Part shown: positions 1-8,399 of the stretch, piece after piece
Numbering within the stretch: the stretch's first letter is position 1
How the letters are laid out: each line of letters opens with the position of its first letter
From: an uncultured Chloroflexia bacterium
Lineage (GTDB): Bacteria > Chloroflexota > Anaerolineae > Anaerolineales > Anaerolineaceae
Direction of reading: 5' to 3'
Length of the DNA stretch: 32,000 nucleotides
NCBI GenBank assembly: GCA_963704755.1
Contig: OY969938.1
Coordinates: 2,640,001-2,672,000, forward strand
Made by a program: the position numbers and the translations under genes
The notes under the pieces: model-generated
Told to the model about the DNA's origin: nothing
What the model saw: the letters and a program-made list of their open reading frames with translations, nothing else
The model's database searches: none

Positions 1-836
1 CGTCAGGGTCTGTTGGATTTCTTCCAGGGTGTTCATGACGAACGGGCCGTAGGGGTAGATCGGTTCCTTGAAGGGCGCCCCGGTCATGAGCATGAAACGC
101 ACCGGTGAAGCGGCGCCGGCCTGCACGCGCACCAGGTCGCCATCCTCGAAGACGAGCATGCTCAGCGAGCGGACAAACTTACCCTGGCCGTCCTCATCCC
201 CGCCAAAGAGACCTTCGCCCTCGAAAACGTAGGCGATGGCGGTATGGCCGGCCGGGACCGCGACTTCGAATTTCTCGCCGGCATCCACGGTCACGTCCAT
301 GTACAGCGGCTGGGCAGCGATCTGTTTGACCGGCCCGCTGATACCGCCGTACTCCCCGGCTACTACGCGCACCTTGACGCCGTCCTTTTCCACGGTTGGG
401 ATGTTGCCTGAGCCGACCTCCTGGTAGCGCGGCTGGCCCATCTTTTGGGCGGCCGGCAGGTTGACCCACAACTGGAACCCGTAGATCGTTCCTTCGGGCC
501 CGCGGCGGGGCAGCTCTTCGTGCAAAATGCCGCGCCCGCTGGTCATCCACTGCACGTCGCCCGGCCCAATCACACCCATATTGCCGATGCTGTCGCGATG
601 ACGCACGTTACCTTCCAGCATGTAGGTTACGGTTTCGATGCCGCGATGCGGGTGGGTGGGAAATCCCTGGATCGGACCCTGGCGCGGATCGTTGAAGGCG
701 AAATGGTCGAACAGCAGGAAGGGATCGTACAGGTTGGCCCGGCTGGGACCAAACGAGCGGCGCAAACGCACGTCTGCGCCTTCGATGACGGTCTGCGGCT
801 CGATGATTTGTTTGATTTTTCGGACTTGAGTTGCCA
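1..836 (-). CDS. Pirin-family cupin protein (C-terminus runs off the window start)
   Basis: Absent from the ORF track because it is open at the window edge. My reverse-complement translation from the ATG at 836..834 reads MATQVRKIKQIIEPQTVIEGADVRLRRSFG...GFPTHPHRGIETVTYMLEGNVRHRDSIGN...GDVQWMTSGRGILHEE, the His-rich cupin motif typical of pirins. The + strand ORFs 445..858 and 638..829 are antisense shadows. Confidence 0.85.
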
Positions 837-1020
837 TGGCTTACATTCCTTAGGGTAATATTCGGATAAATTATATCTATATTATACCAGATGGTTCAAT
901 ATCAAATGATTGCGGACTGGGGCCAGCCACCTGGGCCAAAACCTCTACCGGCAACAAATCCAATCCTTTGCCCAAACGTTGGATTCTGGCATCGGCCAGC
1001 GCCGCGAATACGCAGGACTC

Positions 1021-1078
1021 GCCCTCCCCCCAACCCCTCTCCCAGAAGCGGGAGAGGGGCTAAGAGCCTCAACTTCAA
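1021..1078. repeat. Degenerate copy of an interspersed hairpin repeat (family A)
   Basis: Perfect stem CCCCTCTCCC (1034-1043) / GGGAGAGGGG (1050-1059) followed by CTAAGAGCCTCAAC. It resembles the hairpin + CGTTAAGTTGCGCTCACC layout at 5322-5366. Confidence 0.5.
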
Positions 1079-1115
1079 CCGGCAATAGGAACAAATTTTG
1101 CTTGAAAGATTTTAT

Positions 1116-1149
1116 TTGACAAAGTCAATTAAATAGTTGATAATATCAA
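1116..1149 (+). promoter_or_regulatory. Sigma70-like promoter (TTGACA-17 nt-GATAAT) overlapped by two palindromic operator candidates
   Basis: TTGACA at 1116-1121, a 17-nt spacer, then GATAAT at 1139-1144, ~30 nt upstream of the MarR-GNAT start. Palindromes TTGAC-AAA-GTCAA (1116-1128) and TTGATA-A-TATCAA (1137-1149) sit on the -35 and -10. Confidence 0.6.
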
Positions 1150-1176
1150 TTAATATCGAGATACAGGAAGGCAGCG

Positions 1177-2106
1177 ATGCAAAACGAAACAATCCACCAG
1201 CGGGCCGAAAAGGTTCGCGAATTTAATCGCTTCTATACCCGCCAGATCGGGCTGCTGGAAGAGGGCCTGCTGTCCAGCCCCTACTCTTTGACCGAGGCGC
1301 GCGTTATTTTTGAAATCGCCCAGCATGAAAGGGTCACGGCCACCACACTGGCCGGCGATCTAAAACTGGATCCCGGCTATTTGAGCCGCATCCTCCAAAA
1401 ATTCACCCGCCTGGGGCTGATCGAGAAGACGCCCTCCCAGTCGGATGGGCGGCAAAGCGATTTGTCTTTAAACGCAGAAGGACAGGCCGCTTTTGGCCAG
1501 CTCAATTCTCGTTCCCAGGCCCAAATCGAGGCCATGCTGGCCGGGCTGGACGCGCCATCCCAGGAGCGCCTGGTCGCGGCGATGACGACGATTATGCGGC
1601 TTGCGGGCGCTGGTCCAGAACAGAAGGTGCCTTATATCCTGCGCCCGCCCCAACCGGGTGACCTGGGCTGGGTCGTTCAACGCCATGGGGCGCTATATTC
1701 ACAGGAATATAAGTGGAATGAGGAATTTGAAGGGCTGGTGGCCGAAATTGTGGCCCACTACATACAAAACTATGATCCCCAGCGAGAGCGCTGTTGGATC
1801 GCTGAACGCGAAGGTGAAAACGCCGGCTCAGTATTCCTGGTCAAGCAAAGCGAGACGGTCGCCAAGCTGCGCCTGTTACTGGTCGAGCCTTCGGCCCGCG
1901 GCTTGGGGATAGGCTCCAGGCTGGTGGCAGAATGTATTCAATTTGCCCGCCAGGCGGGCTACCAGAAGATAACCCTGTGGACCAACAGTGTGCTGGTGGC
2001 GGCCCGTCACATTTACGCGGTGGCAGGTTTCCGCATGGTCGCGGACGAAGCCTATCACGGCTATGGCCACGACCTGGTCAGCGAAACCTGGGAGATGGAC
2101 TTGTAA
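1177..2106 (+). CDS. Bifunctional MarR-family HTH regulator / GNAT N-acetyltransferase fusion
   Basis: 309-aa ORF. The N-terminal winged-HTH resembles MarR (LTEARVIFEIAQHERVTATTLAGDLKLDPGYLSRILQKFTRLGLI). The C-terminal GNAT core is LLLVEPSARGLGIGSRLVAECIQFARQAGYQKITLWT. Confidence 0.85.
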   Translation: MQNETIHQRAEKVREFNRFYTRQIGLLEEGLLSSPYSLTEARVIFEIAQHERVTATTLAGDLKLDPGYLSRILQKFTRLGLIEKTPSQSDGRQSDLSLNAEGQAAFGQLNSRSQAQIEAMLAGLDAPSQERLVAAMTTIMRLAGAGPEQKVPYILRPPQPGDLGWVVQRHGALYSQEYKWNEEFEGLVAEIVAHYIQNYDPQRERCWIAEREGENAGSVFLVKQSETVAKLRLLLVEPSARGLGIGSRLVAECIQFARQAGYQKITLWTNSVLVAARHIYAVAGFRMVADEAYHGYGHDLVSETWEMDL

Positions 2107-2121
2107 TATCGTTTAAGGGAT

Positions 2122-2174
2122 CCGAAATTGAAGGGATTGTGCAGGTTTCACCTGTGCAATCCCTTCAATTTCGG
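2122..2174. terminator. Long hairpin between convergent genes (bidirectional terminator candidate)
   Basis: ccgaaattgaagggattgtgcaggt / acctgtgcaatcccttcaatttcgg gives a ~25-bp stem with two mismatches near the loop. It lies between the 2106 stop (+) and the 2192 stop (-). Confidence 0.6.
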
Positions 2175-2191
2175 GGCTAGCTACCCAATAT

Positions 2192-2599
2192 CTAGAGCTG
2201 GCCTTCGACCACGCTGGTGTGGACTTTGAACACCGGCGGGTTCTCCAGGGTTTTCTTGACCTTGCATTGCTCGGCCGAGTGCACCAGGGCATCGTAGTAC
2301 TTTTCCGGGAAGCTGGGCGGTACCTGGATTTCCATCTCGACTTCCGAAAGCATTCCGGTCATGGGGTTGGCTGCTGCCCGTTGGACGATGCGGATGCCGT
2401 CGGTGGGCAGGCCGCGCTGGCGGCAGAAACCCAACACGTAAATGCCCGCGCAAGTGCCAATGGAAGCCAGGAAGACCGCGAAGGGGGTTGGGGCAGAGCC
2501 TTCGCCGCCGCCCATGGGGGGTTGGTCGGTTGGAACGGTGTAAGGGCCAAAATGGGCGTCCACGCGAGCGCCGCCGGGAAAATCGATGACGTAATCCAT
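2192..2599 (-). CDS. OsmC/Ohr-family protein
   Basis: 135-aa ORF with OsmC-like features (GGGEGSAPTPFAVFLASIGTCAGIYV ... HSAEQCKVKKTL, two conserved Cys). Confidence 0.8.
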   Translation of the reverse strand: MDYVIDFPGGARVDAHFGPYTVPTDQPPMGGGEGSAPTPFAVFLASIGTCAGIYVLGFCRQRGLPTDGIRIVQRAAANPMTGMLSEVEMEIQVPPSFPEKYYDALVHSAEQCKVKKTLENPPVFKVHTSVVEGQL

Positions 2600-2802
2600 G
2601 ATTTGCTATCTCCAAAAGTAATTTATTGTGACCAAAGCAGCTATTGGCAAAAAACTCCCCGATGGAGGTCTTCTTGCTCCCGCTCAGTTGATTATACCGG
2701 CGTCTTTTCTGAAAAAAGTTCTCCTCTCGAGAGGGGAAAGCCGGAGTTGCGTTCTTTCGAGGGGCTCACGGTGGAGCAAAACTGCTTTTTGTTCACACCC
2801 AC

Positions 2803-4101
2803 TTAGATGCGCTTGGCTTTTGGAAGGTTGCACAATTGTGCTTTGCGCCGGTCGGGGCGCCAGAAATATTGCCAGTACAAAAAGATCGAGGCTGCGTAGA
2901 AAAAGATGGTCGCTGCGAAGGCCGGGTGGAAACCATAATTGACCTGGATCCAGCCGCTGATCTGCGGGCTGAAGGCCCAGCCGACGTTGTTGGCCATGCT
3001 CACCAGGCTGGCTACCGTACCGCGGGCCGAGGCTTCCACCCGCTCCATCACGAAGGTCTGGTAAACCGGGCTGCTCATGTTCATCAGGGTCAGGCGGAAG
3101 TAGTAGGCCATAGCGCTGATCGGGAACAAAGGCGAAAAGCCCAGCAGGTATAGGAAGGGAATCGACAGGGCCTGGGTCATTACCACCACCTGGATCTTAC
3201 CGAAGCGGTCGGCCAGAGGTGGGGCAATCAACAGGCCGACCCCCATGGCCAGCGAACCCCAGGCGAACATCGAGCCGATGACCGGGTCGGGCTGGTGATG
3301 TACGTCGCGGAAGAACACATTCATAAAGGGCATGATCAGCCCGGCGCCCAGGCTGGTCACCAGGATCGGCAGCACCAGCCGGCTGAGCAGGCCAAAATGT
3401 TGCCCAAAGTAAGACAGCGGGGCGAACAGCGAGCGTTCCTCCTGAGACAGGCGCGGCGTTTTCAGGAAGAGCAGCGGCAAAATAGCGAGCAGGTTGCCGA
3501 CCGCGATCACGCCCAGCGACCAGGCGTAAGCCGTGGGGCTGGTGGGGGTGCTGCCAATCTGAAAGCCGGACATCCAGGTAGGCAGGTTACCGCCGATCCA
3601 GTTGCCGAAAAAGCCCGAGGCGGTTTGCAGCCCGGAGGTAAAGCTGAACAGGTAGGTGCGTTCCTTTTCACCGCTGTTTTCCATCAGGAACGGGCCCATG
3701 GCGACGCCGGTCAGGCTTTGGCCCAGCCCGATGCCCACGTTCATGGCGATGAACATGGGTATGGAGGGGAAGAACACCATCAGGGCGATCGATACGCCCT
3801 CTACAAAGGTGCCGCCAATCAGGGATGCCTTGCGGCCGAGCAAATCGACCAGGTAGCCCATCGGTAAAGCCGCCAGCAGCGCCGTCAGGCTGCTGGTGGT
3901 GATCAAGGTGCCCAGCAGCGCCTCGGAATAGCCCAGGCTGAGCACGTAAAAGTTGAACAATAAACGGAACACACCCACGGCCGCCCCCGACAGCACCACG
4001 CTGACCAGGTAGTAACGAGCGTTGGGTCGAAAGGCGCTGACGCGGTCGAAGTAGGTGGCTAACACCGTCCGCGTTTGGCCGGTAAAGCGGTAAAAGGACA
4101 A
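2803..4101 (-). CDS. MFS transporter
   Basis: 432-aa polytopic membrane ORF with about 12 hydrophobic segments and an MFS-like loop motif (GYLVDLLGRK). It starts 30 nt downstream of the ArsR-like gene on the same strand. Confidence 0.85.
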   Translation of the reverse strand: MSFYRFTGQTRTVLATYFDRVSAFRPNARYYLVSVVLSGAAVGVFRLLFNFYVLSLGYSEALLGTLITTSSLTALLAALPMGYLVDLLGRKASLIGGTFVEGVSIALMVFFPSIPMFIAMNVGIGLGQSLTGVAMGPFLMENSGEKERTYLFSFTSGLQTASGFFGNWIGGNLPTWMSGFQIGSTPTSPTAYAWSLGVIAVGNLLAILPLLFLKTPRLSQEERSLFAPLSYFGQHFGLLSRLVLPILVTSLGAGLIMPFMNVFFRDVHHQPDPVIGSMFAWGSLAMGVGLLIAPPLADRFGKIQVVVMTQALSIPFLYLLGFSPLFPISAMAYYFRLTLMNMSSPVYQTFVMERVEASARGTVASLVSMANNVGWAFSPQISGWIQVNYGFHPAFAATIFFYAASIFLYWQYFWRPDRRKAQLCNLPKAKRI

Positions 4102-4131
4102 GTATCCCTCCCAGGATATATCGAAATGAAT

Positions 4132-5196
4132 TTAGTCGTGATTCTGGTCGGCAGCCTGGCCGAGGAAGTCTTGTAAACTGGCTAATAAATTGGTGAGAGC
4201 GTCGCGGCGGAGAGAATAGCGCCGGTCGCCGCCGGCAGTCAGGCTGATCTGTACCAGCCCGGCCAGCCGTAAAGCTTGCAGATGATGGATGATGGTCGGT
4301 GGGCGCAGCCGCAGCCGGCGGGAAAGTTGTGCCGGGGTGAGCGGGGCTTCGGCCAGGTCGTGCAATATTTTCAGGCGGGTAGAGTCACTCAACGATTTGA
4401 GCCCATTGAGCAGGCCGGCCGGCACCATCTCGCCGGGCACCAGCCCCTGGGTATCGCTGCGGCAGCCAAACACCAGCACCGCCCGGTGGGGTGCATCCAC
4501 CCCGTAAAAGATCAGCGGGCTGGACCAGAATGAAGGCGCCAGGATCAACTGATCGGTGCCTTGCAGCGATTCGATCCGCACGCCCTGGGTCAGCTCTTCG
4601 ATCAACTGGTCCAGGGACAATTTGGCAGCCAGCGTGCGGGCGCGCTCTATGCCGGCAAGCAGCCCGGGCAGGATGCGTTCTTCTTCTTCGGCAAAGAAAG
4701 CATTCCGGTAGGCCGTCAGGGCATCCAGGAAGGCTTCGCCGAACGCGTCGGCGTGTTCCCAGGCAGTTATCAAGGCGGATGTCAGTTCGCTGGGCCGGGA
4801 GTGGCCCAGTTTTCGATAGGCCTTTTTCAGAATTTCCAGTTCAGCCGGGCCGGGTTTGAGCCCGTCGGCCAACTTGCGCAGGATCTGGCTGTGTTCCGGG
4901 CCGGCGTCCGGTTGTTCGGCCAGGGTGAGCAGGCGTTCGGCCGGCGGCATGGCCTGCAAGGCAGCCAGGACGGCGGCCGAATCCTTGGGAGATTGGTCGA
5001 TCCCGGCCAGCCAGAACATAGGCAGCGGCAAAATAAACGCGGCTTGCTCCAGGATGGTCCGCTGGGCCGGCTGCAGGCGCGAGCGCACCCCGGCCGCCCA
5101 TTGTGAGCGCAGCCCAAAATTCTCCGGTTCGTGCAAGACGAACAGGCTGACGAAGAAGTCGTAGGCAGTACCGGTGTCGAACAGTATTTCTGGCAT
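4132..5196 (-). CDS. ArsR/SmtB-family wHTH regulator with a large uncharacterised N-terminal domain
   Basis: 354-aa ORF. The C-terminal motif LSDSTRLKILHDLAEAPLTPAQLSRRLRLRPPTIIHHLQALRLAGLV is a classic ArsR-type HTH. The ~250-aa N-terminal region has no motif I recognise. Confidence 0.8.
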   Translation of the reverse strand: MPEILFDTGTAYDFFVSLFVLHEPENFGLRSQWAAGVRSRLQPAQRTILEQAAFILPLPMFWLAGIDQSPKDSAAVLAALQAMPPAERLLTLAEQPDAGPEHSQILRKLADGLKPGPAELEILKKAYRKLGHSRPSELTSALITAWEHADAFGEAFLDALTAYRNAFFAEEEERILPGLLAGIERARTLAAKLSLDQLIEELTQGVRIESLQGTDQLILAPSFWSSPLIFYGVDAPHRAVLVFGCRSDTQGLVPGEMVPAGLLNGLKSLSDSTRLKILHDLAEAPLTPAQLSRRLRLRPPTIIHHLQALRLAGLVQISLTAGGDRRYSLRRDALTNLLASLQDFLGQAADQNHD

Positions 5197-5203
5197 AAGT
5201 GTG

Positions 5204-5239
5204 TTAGATATTTGTCTAATGAATTAGATAATAATCTAG
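5204..5239. promoter_or_regulatory. Two TTAGA-N6-TCTAA-type palindromes upstream of the ArsR-like/MFS operon
   Basis: TTAGATATTTGTCTAA (5204-5219) and TTAGATAATAATCTAG (5224-5239) lie immediately upstream of the 5196 start. Confidence 0.5.
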
Positions 5240-5311
5240 CACGAAATGATTGTCAAGAGCATACCGGCTAAGCTGAATAATTCTGCCAGAGTTCAGGATG
5301 ACGGGTGTTTA

Positions 5312-5400
5312 CCCTTATCCCCGCCTTCTCCCTTCCCAGGGAGAAGGCGTTAAGTTGCGCTCACCGGCGATATGGGATGCCATGAGCAACTTTTTATCTA
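5312..5400 (-). repeat. Family A interspersed hairpin repeat (inverted relative to the copy at 6872)
   Basis: 12-bp stem CGCCTTCTCCCT/AGGGAGAAGGCG (5322-5349) followed by GTTAAGTTGCGCTCACCGGCGATATGGGATGCCA...ACTTTTTATCTA. Its reverse complement aligns by eye along most of its length with 6872-6966. Confidence 0.75.
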
Positions 5401-5505
5401 ATTTTGTAGGTTGGGTTGCGGGCTTCTTTATAACATTTGCTGCCGCTCAGGCATTGGCCTTTTCGGCCTTGCCCGTAACCCAACTGCATTGGCCGGCCGG
5501 TATGC

Positions 5506-5943
5506 TTACCCTTTTCGAGGGCCCTCAGCAGGGCGCTGCTCCTTGCCGCTCTTCTGACCGGGCTCAATTGGTTTTGAGACGGCGCCAACCACAAGCAACA
5601 CGATACCCACGAGGAAGATCAACCCCGTCAGATATTCCATAAAGCTAAAGGCTACGTGCGACTTGCCTCCCCAGAGGAAGACGCCACCGGCGAGGGTTGC
5701 TCCCACACACCCGGCCAGGCCGATACCGGCGGTGATTCGAAGAGAGAGACGCCCGGAACGCAGGCTAATTGCCAGCGTGACCGTAGATAATGCGACCAGT
5801 AACAGGGCAACGAAGATATGTGTGTAGAGGGTCACGGGTGGATATGAAGGGACAACCATGAGTGACGACCCAAGCATTCCCTCACCGATGACGCCGGCCA
5901 GCAAGAGGAGTCCGAGCAGTCGAACAAGAATTTGCCGTTTCAT
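5506..5943 (-). CDS. Small integral membrane protein (about 4 TM), function unknown
   Basis: Hydrophobic ORF. I prefer the second ATG (5943) because GGAGG lies 8 nt upstream; the track start is 5955. It is divergent from the TetR gene. Confidence 0.65.
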   Translation of the reverse strand: MKRQILVRLLGLLLLAGVIGEGMLGSSLMVVPSYPPVTLYTHIFVALLLVALSTVTLAISLRSGRLSLRITAGIGLAGCVGATLAGGVFLWGGKSHVAFSFMEYLTGLIFLVGIVLLVVGAVSKPIEPGQKSGKEQRPAEGPRKG

Positions 5944-5958
5944 TTTTGCCTCCATTTA

Positions 5959-5973
5959 ACGTACAAGGTACGT
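5959..5973. promoter_or_regulatory. Palindrome ACGTAC-AAG-GTACGT (TetR operator candidate)
   Basis: Perfect 6-bp arms just upstream of the membrane-protein RBS, in the divergent TetR/membrane-protein intergenic region. Confidence 0.45.
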
Positions 5974-6078
5974 AAAATAATAATATAATTGATAAGAATC
6001 GTCAAGTTTCGGGAATAATTGCGGACGGTTCCAAAATAACCTGGCAAAATCCTGTATGTGTTACACTCTGATGAAATA

Positions 6079-6714
6079 ATGACGCGAACTGGACGACCAT
6101 CAAAATCCTCACTCGATGAGGTTCAAAAAGCCGCGCTTGAAATTGTGGACTGCGAAGGCCTGGAGGCTCTGTCGATGCGTGCGCTGGCGGCCAGGCTTGG
6201 TACGGGGACGATGACGCTCTATAACTACGTATCGAATCGCGAGAGCCTCGAAATCCTCGTGGTCGATGCGGTTCTGGCGGGGACCGTCCTGCCCTCGTCG
6301 CCCAGCGACGATTGGAAGGACGAGGCGCGCGGCATTATCGTGGCTATTTGGCAGGCTGTTCGATTGCACCCGCACGTGATCCCGCTGATTTTGATTCGAC
6401 GCAACCGGTCCGCTGCCCTTCTGCAGATCGCAGAAGCGTTGCTCGCAGCGCTGGCGCGAAGCGGGCGTTCAGGGTATCAGCTTCTCCTCGCCTTCAGAAC
6501 CATCACAGCCTTTGTATCCGGATTTGTCGAGGCCGATCTATCCGGGCAGATTCTGGCAGCAGCCGGTGAAAACACGGCCACCATAACCGGGCGCACAAAA
6601 ATGCTTCCAAAAAACAGGTATCCACGCCTCATCGAGCTCGCGACTACGGCGGCATCGAGTGATCCAAATAAAGAGTTCCTCGATGCCCTTGATCAGCTTC
6701 TTGACTGCCTGTAG
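6079..6714 (+). CDS. TetR/AcrR-family transcriptional regulator
   Basis: N-terminal TetR HTH (LDEVQKAALEIVDCEGLEALSMRALAARLGTGTMTLYNYVSNRESL). An in-frame ATG at 6079 is preferred to the GTG at 6058 used by the track. Confidence 0.85.
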   Translation: MTRTGRPSKSSLDEVQKAALEIVDCEGLEALSMRALAARLGTGTMTLYNYVSNRESLEILVVDAVLAGTVLPSSPSDDWKDEARGIIVAIWQAVRLHPHVIPLILIRRNRSAALLQIAEALLAALARSGRSGYQLLLAFRTITAFVSGFVEADLSGQILAAAGENTATITGRTKMLPKNRYPRLIELATTAASSDPNKEFLDALDQLLDCL

Positions 6715-6793
6715 AGAGCGCAATTCTATGAGCCTTTCATGGATGCAGGTAAGATACGTGAGTTCGGGATCAAAGAAAAGAGAGGTGATTTAA

Positions 6794-6840
6794 GTGTGTT
6801 TTTATTCGTGGCGGCGTAGCCGCCACGAATAAAAACACAC
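6794..6840. terminator. Perfect 22-bp-stem hairpin downstream of the TetR gene
   Basis: gtgtgtttttattcgtggcggc-gta-gccgccacgaataaaaacacac has a GC-rich inner stem and an A/T-rich outer stem. It lacks a canonical trailing U-tract. Confidence 0.5.
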
Positions 6841-6871
6841 TCAAAACTCTTATTCCGAACTGACGTTAAGA

Positions 6872-6990
6872 TAGATAAAAAGTAACTTCTGCCATCCCCT
6901 ATCCCCGGCGAGCGGAACTTAACGCCTTCCCCCTCCGCGAAGCGTGGGGAAGGCTGGAATGAGGGTAGATGCTGATCGGCGGCTCGGCTG
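6872..6990 (+). repeat. Family A interspersed hairpin repeat
   Basis: TAGATAAAAAGT...GCCATCCCCTATCCCCGGCGAGCGGAACTTAACG, then stem GCCTTCCCC/GGGGAAGGC (6924-6954), then CTGGAATGAGGGT...GCTGATCGGC. It is related to 5312-5400 (inverted) and to the tandem units at 27066-27295. Confidence 0.75.
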
Positions 6991-7167
6991 CACCCCTCAC
7001 CTGACCTCTTCACGAGATGAGGATGTTTGGCCGGTATTGTCATATACTCCGGGGGAATTGTCATTCGCTGCGGCGCTATTCTTGTGACATTCAGTGTAAC
7101 GATTTAGCCCACTTTGGTGATTTTTGCCACTACATGCGTTTAGCGGGTTTTTATTAACATTGGTTCA

Positions 7168-7638
7168 ATGTCCAGTCAAGGATTGCCGGATTTCCCGGTA
7201 TTTAATGGGTTTACCGAACCACAGATCGAATGGATTGCGGGCCTATTCGAGCAGGTGATCTATGTCTGCAACGCCATGATCTTCGATCAGGATGGTCCGG
7301 CGGATTATTTGTATCTTTTGGCGTCGGGAAAGGTTATAATCCGGTATAAGCCTTACGATGGCCCGGCATTAACCGTGGCCACAATCGAGCCGGGGAGCAT
7401 CTTTGGATGGTCAGTTGTCTTGCGCCGGTCGGCGTACACTTCCTCCAGCCTGGCCGTTGAGGATTCGATCGTGTTCAGGCTCAGCGCAAGCCGGCTCCAG
7501 GAGTTGTGCGATCACTATCCCGAAACCGCGAGTATTTTGATCCGCCAGATGGCCGGCCGGTTAAATGAGCGCCAGGCCGGTGCGCAGGATAAGATTCTCA
7601 ACATCCTGCAATCCAGAATCGGCCACCCCAGTGATTGA
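7168..7638 (+). CDS. Cyclic nucleotide-binding domain protein (no DNA-binding domain)
   Basis: 156-aa ORF with a cNMP-binding beta-barrel pattern (FDQDGPADYLYLLASGKVIIRYK...IEPGSIFGWSVVL). It is too short to contain a Crp-type HTH. Confidence 0.75.
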   Translation: MSSQGLPDFPVFNGFTEPQIEWIAGLFEQVIYVCNAMIFDQDGPADYLYLLASGKVIIRYKPYDGPALTVATIEPGSIFGWSVVLRRSAYTSSSLAVEDSIVFRLSASRLQELCDHYPETASILIRQMAGRLNERQAGAQDKILNILQSRIGHPSD

Positions 7639-7655
7639 CTGAGAGGATACAAATC

Positions 7656-7907
7656 ATGTCCAGCCAGATCCCTTCTTACAGTATTGAAGAACAGCTACGT
7701 GGCCTGGTAGAGCAATTGAGCGCCTATATCGAAACCTATCACGGGGGAGCCGTTGAATTCGTCAGTTACGATGACACTGTGGTCAAGGTCCGCCTGGGTG
7801 GGGCTTGCCTGAATTGCCCGCTCTCGCCGGTGACCGTCAAAGGTTGGGTGGAAGGGACTGTGCGCCAGTTCTTCCCCGAAATCAGCCGGGTCGAAGCCGT
7901 AGAATAA
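7656..7907 (+). CDS. NifU C-terminal-domain-like (Nfu-type) Fe-S scaffold protein
   Basis: GGAVEFVSYDDTVVKVRLGGACLNCPLSPVTVKGWVEGTV contains the CxxC motif. The ATG at 7656 is preceded by GAGAGGA; the track begins at an upstream TTG (7635). Confidence 0.8.
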   Translation: MSSQIPSYSIEEQLRGLVEQLSAYIETYHGGAVEFVSYDDTVVKVRLGGACLNCPLSPVTVKGWVEGTVRQFFPEISRVEAVE

Positions 7908-7914
7908 CCCCCGT

Positions 7915-8313
7915 TTACTCCAACAGGACCTCGATATGCTCGCGGTCCTCGTTGCTGGTTAAATCCACAATTTTGCCGGTCCGCCCGGCTTGAATCGCTT
8001 CCATAATCTGGTCCATCTCCGACTGGCCGATGTCGGGCGAGAGCCGCGCGCCTAACTTCATACCTGTGTTGACCACGGTGACGGGCAGGCGGACGTTGAC
8101 ACGCACCTTGTCGGTGGCCATGTCGGTCACCCGCACCAGCAGCCAGCGCGGTCCGCCGGCTGAATAAACCGGCCGTGAAGGCGAAGATTGGCCAGCCGTC
8201 CGGCTGGCCTGGGCGCGGTCCAGGGCATTGAGCAGGCGAACCCCTTCTTCCGGGGTGATCTTACCCTGTTCGATCAATGTCAGGATTTTCATTTTCTCTT
8301 CAGAGGAAGCCAT
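7915..8313 (-). CDS. Hypothetical protein with an N-terminal SHOCT/YvlB-like helical motif
   Basis: MASSEEKMKILTLIEQGKITPEEGVRLLNAL is typical of SHOCT-like N-termini. The ATG at 8313 has a GAAAGG RBS; the track start at 8379 lies inside the upstream hairpin. Confidence 0.6.
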   Translation of the reverse strand: MASSEEKMKILTLIEQGKITPEEGVRLLNALDRAQASRTAGQSSPSRPVYSAGGPRWLLVRVTDMATDKVRVNVRLPVTVVNTGMKLGARLSPDIGQSEMDQIMEAIQAGRTGKIVDLTSNEDREHIEVLLE

Positions 8314-8339
8314 TCCGCGCCTTTCTACAACCGGTAGAA

Positions 8340-8390
8340 TTTTTGAGGGTATGTTCCCGGAACGGAGTTCCGCGAACATACCCTCAAAAA
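8340..8390. terminator. Long hairpin between the PlsC-family gene and the SHOCT-like gene
   Basis: Perfect 17-bp arms tttttgagggtatgttc / gaacataccctcaaaaa plus an inner stem cggaac-gga-gttccg. Confidence 0.5.
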
Positions 8391-8399
8391 GGCATGTTT

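Noticed and set aside
194-858. ORFs 194..550(-), 236..427(+), 445..858(+) and 638..829(+) from the track
   Set aside because: They overlap the much better-supported pirin reading frame (minus strand, open at the window edge). Their Arg/Pro/Gly-rich composition is typical of off-frame or antisense translation of GC-rich coding DNA.
5298-7064. ORFs 5298..5642(+) and 6726..7064(-)
   Set aside because: Both start inside family A repeat copies, and one runs antisense to the membrane-protein gene. The peptide similarity between them (PSQGEGVKLRSPAIWD / AEGEGVKFRSPGIGD) reflects the shared DNA repeat rather than protein homology.
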